Under the pieces are notes generated by a model that was given only the letters and a program-made list of their open reading frames with translations, did no database searches and had not been told where the DNA came from. A DNA stretch of 64,000 bases from Desulfovibrio sp. Its GTDB lineage: Bacteria > Desulfobacterota > Desulfovibrionia > Desulfovibrionales > Desulfovibrionaceae. Each line of letters starts with the position of its first letter. Position 1 is the first letter of the stretch. The position numbers were made by a program, and so were the translations under genes. The stretch is taken from positions 34,375 to 98,374 of the forward strand of contig JAVBLS010000002.1 of the NCBI GenBank assembly GCA_031553235.1, read 5' to 3'. Below, piece by piece: positions 42,561-50,935 of this stretch.

Positions 42561-45455
42561 CTACAGCACTCGGAGGATGGTCCAGTCACCCTTGGTGGCT
42601 TCTCGCTCAAGCGTCTGCCCGCCAAGGACGCAGGTACGCCCCTGGTCGTTGAGTTTTTCGAGCGCCTTGCCGAACTCGCGGAAGTGGTCCGGGGTGGTGG
42701 CAAAGATCTCGCGCCGCAATTGGGCCCGACCCTCTTCAGTATCGTTCTGCAGACGGCGGGCCAGGGCGGTGGAGCCTTTGGCGTCGGGCAACAGATAGGT
42801 GTCGAGTTCGCCCACGGCGCCAATAATCGCAGTGTCGAGTTCAAACTTGGACAAATTGTTGCGCTGCAACCACAAGGGTAGTTCTTCGTAAACCTTGAGG
42901 GTGGCAGCGACGTTCGGGTCGCGGTAGGAAGCCAGAAAAAAGGCCCCACTCAACCGGTCCAGACCGCAGACGCAGCCGTAGGCCCCGCCCTGCACCCGAA
43001 CTTTCTCCCAGAGATAGCCGGTGCGCAAATGCTTGAGAATCACCGCCGTGGAGCCGTGCCGGGCTGCCTGCAGGCCGGCAAGATTTACGCCCCGCCCCAC
43101 GTAGTTGACCTGGGCGGGCAGCAGCAGGGCCTCGGCAGGCGGCGCGACCACAAGCGGCACATCGGAGAGAGCGGGCGCGGCCCCGACGGGCAAGGAGGCG
43201 GCCAGGGCGCCTGCCAGAGCGCGCAGGCTCTCTTGCTGATCCGGCAGGGCGGTGACGTTCAGGGTCAGGCCGCCACGCAGGATCAAGGCGCGGCGCAGGT
43301 TTTCCAGCCGCAGGCGCACGGCCTGCGGCTCGCGCTCAAGCTCGCCGGCCAGGCGGCGCAGGAAAAAAAGTTGCTCAAGTCCATTCATATGCTCGGTCGC
43401 AGCCCCGGCCGCGCACAAGGAGGCCTTGAGCCGACCGGCCACGGCCTGGTGGCCCGAGGGGACCAGGCCGTGCTCCATGCCTGCCTTGTCTTCAAGGACC
43501 ATGCTGCGCAGGAGGCCAAGGTCGGAAAAATCCGGCTCCAGGAGCATTTCACCAAGCAGGTTGAAAAGATCCACGGTTTTGTCCGGCGCCGCCTTGCCGG
43601 AAAAGACCAGCCGGACCACGGCCCGGCCGTCGTCGGCGTGGGAAAGGGCCACGGGCGCAGCATCCAGGCCGCCGGTTTTGGCGGCCACGGCCATGTTCAG
43701 AGCAATGAAGTCGCGCTTGGCCGTGCCCATTTCGGTCATGGCCCGGCCGAGCAGGGGCAGCAGGGCCAGTTCGTCCGGGCTCAGAAAGCCGGCCTCAAAG
43801 GCCGCCTCCACATATGCGATGCCCGAGGTGGGCAGGGGGTGGAAAAGCAGGGGTGCGCCGCCGGCCTCGGCGTCGAGTGTGGGAATGTGCAGGTTTTCAG
43901 CAGGCAGATCGGCCACCTGCAGACGCGGGATGGCCGCCAGAGCCTGCGGCGAATCGGGCGTGGCCTGCAGGGCCAGCAGCTCTTTGGTGCGTCCGGCCAC
44001 GGCCGCGCGTTCGGCTGAGCCCATGGCAGCGGCCTTTTCAGCCAGTTCGGCGCGTTCCTCTTCTTCCTGGCGGGCGGCCAGATCGTTGTCCGGCTCCAGA
44101 ATGACCGTAACCCGGCCGGGGTTTTCCAGAAAAAGCCGGCGGATCAGTTGCTCAAACACCGGCTCGCCCTGGGCCAGACGGGCTTTGAGCCGGGCCAGCG
44201 GGGCCTCAAAGCGCAGGGGCAGGAAAGGATCGCCGCCATAAAGCCAGGTGGTCAGGCAGCGCAGCATTACAGAAAGGCCCACGGGGAAACGGCCGGTGTT
44301 GTTTTCGCGCAGGGAAAATTCCACGCTGTTCACAGCCGCTTCGACACTCTGGGCAGGCACCCCGCCCTCGGCCAGATCCGCCAGCCGGGCCAGGATCAAA
44401 GCTTCCACCTCAAGCACGCGGGCCGATTCAACGCCCTTGAGCCCCATGTCGAAGGCGGGCAGACGCAGTTCGGCCTCCAGTCCCTGGCCTGCCAGATCCT
44501 CGCCCAGGCCGGACTCCAACAGGGCTCGGCGCAGGGGCGAAGCGGGCAGGCCAAGCAGAATGTGCTCAAGAATACGCAACTCCAGAGCGGCTTCCATGTC
44601 CTCCAGCACATCCGGTCCGGGCCAGTTGACGGTCACCAGGGCCTTGTCGTCTTCCCCGGCGGCAAAAGGCACGCGGACCTGACGCGGGGCCGTGCCCACG
44701 GCCGGTCGGGCGATGCGCGCCGGGCGCTCGCCCCTGCCAAAGGGGGCAATGGCCTCGGCCGTGCGGCGCAGGCGCTCTTCCTCGGGGTCGTTGCCCCAGA
44801 AATAGAACAGAGCGTTGGCCGGATGGTAGCAGCGCTTGTGGAAATCGACAAAGGCCTCGTAGGTCAGGCTCGGAATGGCCTTGGGATCGCCGCCCGACTC
44901 CAGGGCATAGACCGAATCCGGGAACAGGGAGTGCAGGCTCCAGCGCCCGAGCACCGACTCGGGCGCGGAAAAGGCCCCCTTCATCTCGTTGTAGACCACG
45001 CCTTTGCGGAACAGCGGCGAGGCCTTGTCTTCGGCCTCCAGGTGATGGCCCTCCTGGGCGAAAATATCCTCGCTGATGCGCGGAAAAAACACGGCGTCCA
45101 GGTAAACGTCCATGAGGTTGTAAAAATCGGCGAGATTGGCGCTGGCCACCGGGTAACAGGTCTTGTCCGGATAAGTGAAGGCGTTCAGAAACGTCTGCAA
45201 CGAGCCCTTAAGCAGTTCCACAAAAGGCTCCCTGACCGGGTATTTGCGCGAACCGCAGAGCACCGAGTGTTCAAGAATGTGGGCCACGCCGCTCGAGTCA
45301 AAGGGGGGTGTGCAGAAGGACACGCCAAAGACCTTGTTTTCGTCGGCGTTGCAAAAAGAAAGCAGCTCCGCACCCGTGGCGTCGTGGCGCCAGAGTCGCG
45401 CCGTGGAGGAAAGTTCACTGATTTCAGTTTCGCTTATCAGGCTAAAGCCGTGCAT
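42561..45455 (-). CDS. M16-family zinc metallopeptidase (presequence-protease/insulinase-like, M16C)
   Basis: Inverted zinc-binding motif HILEHSVLCGS (HxxEH) near the N-terminus, ~960 aa with four M16 repeat domains. AGGAG SD. Confidence 0.8.
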   Translation of the reverse strand: MHGFSLISETEISELSSTARLWRHDATGAELLSFCNADENKVFGVSFCTPPFDSSGVAHILEHSVLCGSRKYPVREPFVELLKGSLQTFLNAFTYPDKTCYPVASANLADFYNLMDVYLDAVFFPRISEDIFAQEGHHLEAEDKASPLFRKGVVYNEMKGAFSAPESVLGRWSLHSLFPDSVYALESGGDPKAIPSLTYEAFVDFHKRCYHPANALFYFWGNDPEEERLRRTAEAIAPFGRGERPARIARPAVGTAPRQVRVPFAAGEDDKALVTVNWPGPDVLEDMEAALELRILEHILLGLPASPLRRALLESGLGEDLAGQGLEAELRLPAFDMGLKGVESARVLEVEALILARLADLAEGGVPAQSVEAAVNSVEFSLRENNTGRFPVGLSVMLRCLTTWLYGGDPFLPLRFEAPLARLKARLAQGEPVFEQLIRRLFLENPGRVTVILEPDNDLAARQEEEERAELAEKAAAMGSAERAAVAGRTKELLALQATPDSPQALAAIPRLQVADLPAENLHIPTLDAEAGGAPLLFHPLPTSGIAYVEAAFEAGFLSPDELALLPLLGRAMTEMGTAKRDFIALNMAVAAKTGGLDAAPVALSHADDGRAVVRLVFSGKAAPDKTVDLFNLLGEMLLEPDFSDLGLLRSMVLEDKAGMEHGLVPSGHQAVAGRLKASLCAAGAATEHMNGLEQLFFLRRLAGELEREPQAVRLRLENLRRALILRGGLTLNVTALPDQQESLRALAGALAASLPVGAAPALSDVPLVVAPPAEALLLPAQVNYVGRGVNLAGLQAARHGSTAVILKHLRTGYLWEKVRVQGGAYGCVCGLDRLSGAFFLASYRDPNVAATLKVYEELPLWLQRNNLSKFELDTAIIGAVGELDTYLLPDAKGSTALARRLQNDTEEGRAQLRREIFATTPDHFREFGKALEKLNDQGRTCVLGGQTLEREATKGDWTILRVL

Positions 45456-45552
45456 GATCCGCTCCTGGCAGAGGATTTTTGAGCGTCAAAAAGGCTGAAG
45501 CACGCATAATGCCCCAGCCCGCCGCAATGGGCAATGCTTATCAGGACGTGAT

Positions 45553-45861
45553 TCAGGTTTTGACCACGGAGTTGTCCTCACCGGCAAAACCACACGGACA
45601 GTATGCGTCGGCCGCCGGATCATTGATCCATTCACCGCTGTCGAGCAGATAGCGAAAACGGTAATCGCGCCCGGCATCCAGGTCGAGCTCACGGGTGAAC
45701 GAACCATCTTTGCGCTGCTTCATCGGGGTCTGGTTTATTTTCCATTTGTTGAAGTCGCCCACAAGATGCACTCCGCCGGCATTACGGGCTTCTTCGGGGG
45801 AAAGGCCAAAGGTGACCTTGCATACCGGCTTGGTCTTCAAAAATTTTTTCTGCAGGGGCAT
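45553..45861 (-). CDS. stand-alone CBM48 / AMPK-beta glycogen-binding-like domain protein
   Basis: CBM48/AMPK-beta glycogen-binding-like fold (VTFGLSPEEARNAGGVHLVGDFNKWKINQTPMKQRKDGSFTRELDLDAGRDYRFRYLLDSGEWINDP). Start trimmed to Met29 (AAGGA SD). Confidence 0.6.
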   Translation of the reverse strand: MPLQKKFLKTKPVCKVTFGLSPEEARNAGGVHLVGDFNKWKINQTPMKQRKDGSFTRELDLDAGRDYRFRYLLDSGEWINDPAADAYCPCGFAGEDNSVVKT

Positions 45862-46184
45862 GGGTGTTTCCTTAAACCCGCACAGCGGGGAAAAAGGGGA
45901 ACGGCCCGAATGGGAAAAACGGGAGAGGGCGCAGGGAGCCGTCACAGTCGATTATTACATAGCAGGGTTATGAGAAAAAATAAAATAAGAAATATGATAC
46001 TCAATAATAACACAATTTTCCAGATATAGATACCACTGGAACGAAACATGCCGGCTTATGTGCTACCGCAAACCGATACAGCAGGAGTATGCAGACCCTG
46101 CCGGCGCCGCACGTGCCGGCAGGCGAAGCCGACCCTGCCGACCGGCGGAAAAGAATGTTGGAGGACTATGCCGGGCGCCCAAGT

Positions 46185-46574
46185 TCAGCCGTTTACCGCA
46201 TACAGGGCTTCTTCAAAGGCCGGGCGCAGTTCCTCGGCCAGGGAGGGATCGATGCCGCACAGGCCGAAGACCGAAGCAAAAAGCAGATCCACCGGCACGG
46301 TCAGGCTCTGTCTGCCGTCGCTCATGCTGCACATATCGCCGTGGGGCCGCACGGTGTAGTTGCGGCGGGAGCGGCTTTCGCCGTCGCCGGAAACGATGGA
46401 ATAGACGTGGGCGCCGTCGTCGGTGACATACAGACGCAGGCGAGTGATGCCGGAACTGTCTTCATCGTAATAGGAGCTTTCGGAAAACAGCCTGCCCCGA
46501 AAGGACAGCTTTGCGCCGTTGTCGCCCTGCAACACCACGGATTCCGAAAAACCCGACATGGCCTTGGTGCTCAT
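46185..46574 (-). CDS. hypothetical protein (129 aa), second gene of a two-gene cassette with the excisionase-family HTH protein
   Basis: No recognisable motifs. Lies 23 bp downstream of the HTH gene on the same strand, inside an AT-rich islet. Confidence 0.4.
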   Translation of the reverse strand: MSTKAMSGFSESVVLQGDNGAKLSFRGRLFSESSYYDEDSSGITRLRLYVTDDGAHVYSIVSGDGESRSRRNYTVRPHGDMCSMSDGRQSLTVPVDLLFASVFGLCGIDPSLAEELRPAFEEALYAVNG

Positions 46575-46597
46575 CCCGTCTCCCGTGGCGGACTTCG

Positions 46598-46912
46598 TCA
46601 GTCTTCCTTGCTCTCGCTCTGCAGCAGGGAAAGCTGTACGGAGGCCGCGCCGCTTTTTTTCTTTTTGCGTCTTGCGCCGGGTTTTTCTTCCCGGGCTTCT
46701 TCTTCGGTCTCTTCGGTTTTGGAGAACAGCTCTCCGCCGCCGCCGGCCTTCCAGAAGGCCTCCAGATCCGGGCGCGAAATGCGGTAGCCCCGCCCCAACT
46801 TGGCCGCCCGCAACTCGCCGTCACGAACGGCGCGGCGCAGGGTTTCGGGGTGGCAACTCAACAAAGCCGCCGCCTCGGCCAGGGTAAACGTGGTCTTGTT
46901 GACCAGGGCCAT
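46598..46912 (-). CDS. excisionase-family helix-turn-helix DNA-binding protein (MerR-superfamily HTH_17-like) with charged low-complexity tail
   Basis: FTLAEAAALLSCHPETLRRAVRDGELRAAKLGRGYRISRPDLEAFW matches the excisionase/Xis-type DNA-binding domain. The C-terminal tail is EETEEEAREEKPGARRKKKKSG. Confidence 0.6.
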   Translation of the reverse strand: MALVNKTTFTLAEAAALLSCHPETLRRAVRDGELRAAKLGRGYRISRPDLEAFWKAGGGGELFSKTEETEEEAREEKPGARRKKKKSGAASVQLSLLQSESKED

Positions 46913-46932
46913 CGCGTCGTCCTTTTTCAGGA

Positions 46933-46962
46933 ATCATACCTTTTTCCAGCAACTATTGTCAA
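46933..46962 (-). promoter_or_regulatory. strong sigma70 promoter (TTGACA-N18-TATGAT) for the HTH/unknown cassette
   Basis: Minus strand reads gagTTGACAatagttgctggaaaaaggTATGATtcctgaaaaaggacgacgcgATG. The -35 is perfect and the -10 near-consensus, in an AT-rich stretch, with AAGGA SD downstream. Confidence 0.6.
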
Positions 46963-47129
46963 CTCCATGCAACATAAATCAATATTTATGCCTTTTAAAT
47001 CATCCAAAACAACCGGAATCTGCTGCTCTCCTATTTGCTTTCTTCATGGCTGCTTCTCGCCGCTTTCGTTCGAACACCTCGGATTATATCCATTTACAAC
47101 CGAACGGAAGCGCTCAAAGCGGTCGAGAG

Positions 47130-47252
47130 CTGGAGCAATTTCATTTTGAAATTGCCTATGAAACCATATTGCCGACAAACTTCCGAACGAGTCCGCAAGT
47201 GGACCGCCGCTTGCGCGGTCGTCAGGGCTGATAAACATTTTCAATCTCATCA
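47130..47252 (+). repeat. copy 1 of the ~110-nt dispersed repeat, in the 5' leader of nfeD
   Basis: ctggaGCAATTTCATTTTGAAATTGCCTATGAAACCATATTGCCG, a perfect 9-bp hairpin GCAATTTCA/TGAAATTGC, followed by the GC hairpin CCGCAAG-tggaccgccg-CTTGCGG and then ...CTCATC. Confidence 0.6.
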
Positions 47253-47373
47253 ACCCATTCCGGCCCGAAGCTGCTCGATGAGAGCTCAGCTTTCAGGTTG
47301 CCTTCAACGGGAATTTAGGCTTATATTTCGGTGTCGACCAAAGACAGGAACACCGTTTTCTCCCGGAGGACGC

Positions 47374-47955
47374 ATGGAACTTGCAGCTTTGTACAAATGG
47401 ACCGCCATGATCAGCGGCGCGGCCTTTTTGCTGCAGTTGCTCGCCACCCTGTTCGGGTTTGATCATCTTTTCGGCGATCACGACACCTCGGGAGCGGACG
47501 GCGCCTTCACCGACGCCGGCGACGGTCATGGCTTCGGTTTCGGCCACACCTTTTTGTCCTTCCTGTCGGTGCGCAACGTGGTCTGCTTTCTGCTGGCCTT
47601 TTCCGTCACCGGCTATTACGGCCTGACTTCCTACAACCTGGACGGCCTGGCCTCTTTGCTCGGGGTGGTGGCCGGCGTGGCTCTGGTCTTTTTCAACATT
47701 TATATGATGCGCGCCCTTTCGGGCCTGAAACGCGACACCACGGTGTACGGGTCCGAACTTCCCGGCCGACACGCCACGGTGGTCTTCCCCGTGCTGCCCA
47801 GGCGCTCCGGCCAAGGCAAGGTCAACGTCACCGTGGACGGCCGGACCATGACCCTCTTCGCCCTGACCGACGAGCCCGAAGAACTGCCCCGCAACGCCGG
47901 GGTGGTTGTCGAACAGGTGCTTGAAGGCTGGGTGGTGCTGGTGCGCAAGCCCTAG
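47374..47955 (+). CDS. NfeD-family membrane protein (YuaF-like; C-terminal OB-fold)
   Basis: N-terminal TM helices and a C-terminal NfeD short-form beta-barrel (GKVNVTVDGRTMTLFALTDEPEELPRNAGVVVEQVLEGWVVLVRK). Lies upstream of the flotillin, the classical pairing. Confidence 0.7.
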   Translation: MELAALYKWTAMISGAAFLLQLLATLFGFDHLFGDHDTSGADGAFTDAGDGHGFGFGHTFLSFLSVRNVVCFLLAFSVTGYYGLTSYNLDGLASLLGVVAGVALVFFNIYMMRALSGLKRDTTVYGSELPGRHATVVFPVLPRRSGQGKVNVTVDGRTMTLFALTDEPEELPRNAGVVVEQVLEGWVVLVRKP

Positions 47956-47965
47956 GCCGGAGTTC

Positions 47966-48496
47966 ATGTTCCGCCTGCTGTCGCTGCTCCTTGTAGTCGG
48001 CCTGTTCGCCGTTGTGGCCTGTTTCCGGGCCGTCCGGTCGAATCGGGCTCTGGTATTTTTCAGTCGGGACGAGAGCCCTGTGGTGCGGCGGGTGGTGTTC
48101 GCGGGTCTGGTCTTTGTCCCGCCTTGGCGTCGGGTGAAAACGCTCTATCTCGGGGCGGTCGGCCTTGAGCTTGGGGCCGAAGACCTGGGCCGGTCTGCGC
48201 CGTTGCACCGACCCCTGCGTTTTCTGGTGGGCGCGGACGTCCAAGGCCCCGGCTTGGAACGCGCGGCCGAGCGACTGGCCGGCTTGGAGGCTCCGGCTCT
48301 GGTCGATATTGCCCGCGCCGTGCTGCGCGGACGCTTACAGGGAGAGGCTCCCGGCCGGGCCTGGGAAGCCCGGCGTGAACAGATTCTGCGCGAAGACCTG
48401 CGTGTCGCCCTGGCGGCCAAGGGCTTGAAACTTTTCAGCTGCAACCTGGACGGCCTGTTCGCCGACCCAACCTCGGGCGCGGCCGGCCGGCCGTAA
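47966..48496 (+). CDS. short membrane-anchored protein homologous to the N-terminal SPFH segment of the downstream flotillin (truncated paralog)
   Basis: One TM helix, then ALVFFSRDES...LVFVPPWRRVKTLYLGAVGLEL...LRFLVGADV aligns with flotillin IIVISGMFFGSDRAS...TVFVWPLIQTYAYLSLTPMTIEI...SRFTIGV. The remainder is Arg/Ala-rich low complexity. Confidence 0.45.
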   Translation: MFRLLSLLLVVGLFAVVACFRAVRSNRALVFFSRDESPVVRRVVFAGLVFVPPWRRVKTLYLGAVGLELGAEDLGRSAPLHRPLRFLVGADVQGPGLERAAERLAGLEAPALVDIARAVLRGRLQGEAPGRAWEARREQILREDLRVALAAKGLKLFSCNLDGLFADPTSGAAGRP

Positions 48497-48546
48497 CCAC
48501 AACCCCGGCGCGGCCCGGCCGCGACCCTTTCTCGGGAGCCCCCCTC

Positions 48547-50079
48547 ATGGATCAACTTTTCGACTTTTTCGGCATGGGCAGCCTGCTCGGCATCATCGTC
48601 ATTCTGGCCGGCCTGGGCGTTTTGCTGACGATCATGAAGCGCTACCATGTGGTGCCTTCGGACAAAATCATCGTCATCTCGGGCATGTTCTTCGGCAGCG
48701 ACCGGGCCAGCGCCAAGTGCCTGCACGGCGGCACGGTCTTTGTCTGGCCCCTGATCCAAACGTACGCCTACTTGAGCCTGACTCCCATGACCATTGAAAT
48801 TCCGCTGCGCAACGCCCTGTCGCGCCAAAATATCCGGGTCAACGTGCCTTCGCGCTTCACCATCGGCGTATCAACCGACCCCGAAGGCATGCAGAACGCC
48901 GCCGTGCGCCTGCTTTCCCTGAAAACAACGGAAGTGCAGGACAACGCCACTGACATCATCCTCGGCCAGTTGCGGGCCACCATCGCCACCATGGATATCG
49001 AGGAAATCAACGCCGACCGCGAAAAATTCGAGCGCAAGATCATGGAAAACGTGGAGTCCGAGCTGCGCAAGATCGGCCTGCAGTTGATCAACGTGAACAT
49101 CACCGACATCTCCGACGATTCCGGCTACATTGAGGCTCTTGGCAAAAAGAGCGCCAGCGAGGCCGTGAACCAGGCCAAGATCGACGTGGCCGAGCAACAG
49201 CGCCGTGGCGCGGCCGGTGAAGCCGTGGCCCAGAAGGAGCAACGCATCTCCGTGGCCGACTCCAACGCCAAAGCCGTCGAGGGCGAGAACCAGGCCCTGA
49301 TGGCCATGGCCCGCTCCAACGCGGACAGAAACGAGGTCGAGGCCGAGTCCAAGCGCCGGGCCGAAGCCGCCCAACTGGTCCAGAACGCCATGGCCAGCCG
49401 CGAAGGCTACGACGCCGAGCGCCAGGCCGAAGAAGCCCGCCAGGCGCGCGAAAAAGCCACCCGCGAGGCCAACGAACTGGTGCCCGCCCGGGTGGCCAAA
49501 GAGCGCGTGCTGGTGGAGGCTGAAGCTGAAGCCGGCCGCATGCAGCGCATCGCCGAGGGCGAAGCCCAGCGCATCCGCATTCTGGCCGAGGGCGAGGCCG
49601 CGCAGATCCAGACGCTTTCCGAAGCCGAAGCCGTGCGCCTGAAGAACATGGGCGCCGGCGAAGGTGAAAACACCCGCCTGAAACTTGAGGGCGAGGCCCT
49701 GGGCGTGCGGGCCATTCTGGAAAGCCGGGCCGAGGGTTTCCGCAAACTGGTGGAGGCCGCCGGGCACGACTCGCAGGCCGCGGCCATGCTTTTGCTTGCG
49801 GAAAAAGCTCCGGAGCTTTACAATATCCAGGCCGAAGCCATGAAGAACGTGCGCGTGGACAAGCTTACCGTAGTCGGCGGCCTGGGTGGCGCGGGCGGCG
49901 CGGAGAACCCCCTGGGGCGGGTGGCCTCAGACTATCTTTCTCTGCTGCCCTCCCTGCACGAAGGGGCCAAGACCTTCGGGCTGGACCTGCCCGCCATGAT
50001 GGGCAAGGCCGGCGCGGCCAAGGCCGAAACCTCCCGGCCCGAGGCATCCAGGCCCGAAACGTCCGGAAAAGACGCTTAA
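48547..50079 (+). CDS. flotillin (SPFH/band-7 family, FloT/YuaG-like)
   Basis: N-terminal TM plus SPFH domain, and a long EA-rich coiled-coil (Flotillin domain) with repeated AEAE motifs. GGGAG SD. Confidence 0.85.
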   Translation: MDQLFDFFGMGSLLGIIVILAGLGVLLTIMKRYHVVPSDKIIVISGMFFGSDRASAKCLHGGTVFVWPLIQTYAYLSLTPMTIEIPLRNALSRQNIRVNVPSRFTIGVSTDPEGMQNAAVRLLSLKTTEVQDNATDIILGQLRATIATMDIEEINADREKFERKIMENVESELRKIGLQLINVNITDISDDSGYIEALGKKSASEAVNQAKIDVAEQQRRGAAGEAVAQKEQRISVADSNAKAVEGENQALMAMARSNADRNEVEAESKRRAEAAQLVQNAMASREGYDAERQAEEARQAREKATREANELVPARVAKERVLVEAEAEAGRMQRIAEGEAQRIRILAEGEAAQIQTLSEAEAVRLKNMGAGEGENTRLKLEGEALGVRAILESRAEGFRKLVEAAGHDSQAAAMLLLAEKAPELYNIQAEAMKNVRVDKLTVVGGLGGAGGAENPLGRVASDYLSLLPSLHEGAKTFGLDLPAMMGKAGAAKAETSRPEASRPETSGKDA

Positions 50080-50093
50080 CCGGAGTAGCCGAT

Positions 50094-50915
50094 TTGATTG
50101 ACGGTACGTGCAAAAGGGCGGGAATCACCGCCCTTTTTTTTGCCCTGCTCCTCTGTGCGGCCCTTTTCAGCTGCGGCAACGATGATGCCGAAGACCCCGC
50201 CGCCGCCCTGGCCCCGGCCGAGCACGCCCTGGGCAAAGGCGACATTGCCGAGGCCGAGGCACTGTACGAGCGCTTTTTGCGTACCCACCCGGAAGGTCCG
50301 CTACGCCGCAAAGCCTGGGATCGCCTGCTGGAGATCACCCTGAACATCCGCCAGGACAAGGCCACTGCCCGGGAATACCTGGAAGTGATGCGCCTGGAGT
50401 ATGCCGAGCAGCCTGAAGACCTGCGCGCTGTGGAGCTGGCCCTGGCCGCCTTGTGCAACGCGCAGCGCGACGACGCCTGTGCCGTGCCCTTATGGGAAAA
50501 GTCGGCCGCCGACCCGTCCACCCCGGCCGAAGTCAAGGCCCCGGTCTACCGGGATCTGGCCGCCGCCTATATGCGCCGGCTGGAGTTCACCCCGGCCGTG
50601 GACGCCCTGCAGGCCTGCCTGGAACTGGAGGTGGGCGTGCCGGCCAAGGGCGAGTGCCTGTACGACATGGCCGAAATCAATATGTTGACCGAAGATCCGG
50701 CCGCGGCCGAGCGCAACCTGCGCACCCTGCTCAGCTGGTCGGCGGATCTTTCCGAAGATCTCCGGGTGCGTGCCGTGTTTCTTTTGGCCGACGTGGTCGA
50801 GCAGCGCGGCAGCAAGGCCGAGGCATTAAGCCTGTTTGAAGGCATCCGGGACAAATACCCCAATGCCAAAGTCGTGGAAATGCGCATCACCTCATTGAAA
50901 AACCAGAAGAAGTAA
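50094..50915 (+). CDS. tetratricopeptide-repeat lipoprotein
   Basis: Signal peptide with lipobox (LFSCGN) followed by TPR-like helical repeats. TTG start with GGAG SD 8 nt upstream. Confidence 0.55.
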   Translation: MIDGTCKRAGITALFFALLLCAALFSCGNDDAEDPAAALAPAEHALGKGDIAEAEALYERFLRTHPEGPLRRKAWDRLLEITLNIRQDKATAREYLEVMRLEYAEQPEDLRAVELALAALCNAQRDDACAVPLWEKSAADPSTPAEVKAPVYRDLAAAYMRRLEFTPAVDALQACLELEVGVPAKGECLYDMAEINMLTEDPAAAERNLRTLLSWSADLSEDLRVRAVFLLADVVEQRGSKAEALSLFEGIRDKYPNAKVVEMRITSLKNQKK

Positions 50916-50935
50916 TCGACGGAACGAGAAAGGCC

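Noticed and set aside
47140-47175. Conserved peptide F(H/Y)FEI(A/V)YE(T/A)I(L/I)P encoded by all three repeat copies, as a coding micro-ORF
   Set aside because: Flanking codons, start and stop positions are not conserved among the copies. The substitutions are better explained by hairpin-preserving G-U changes, so conservation is at the nucleotide/RNA level.
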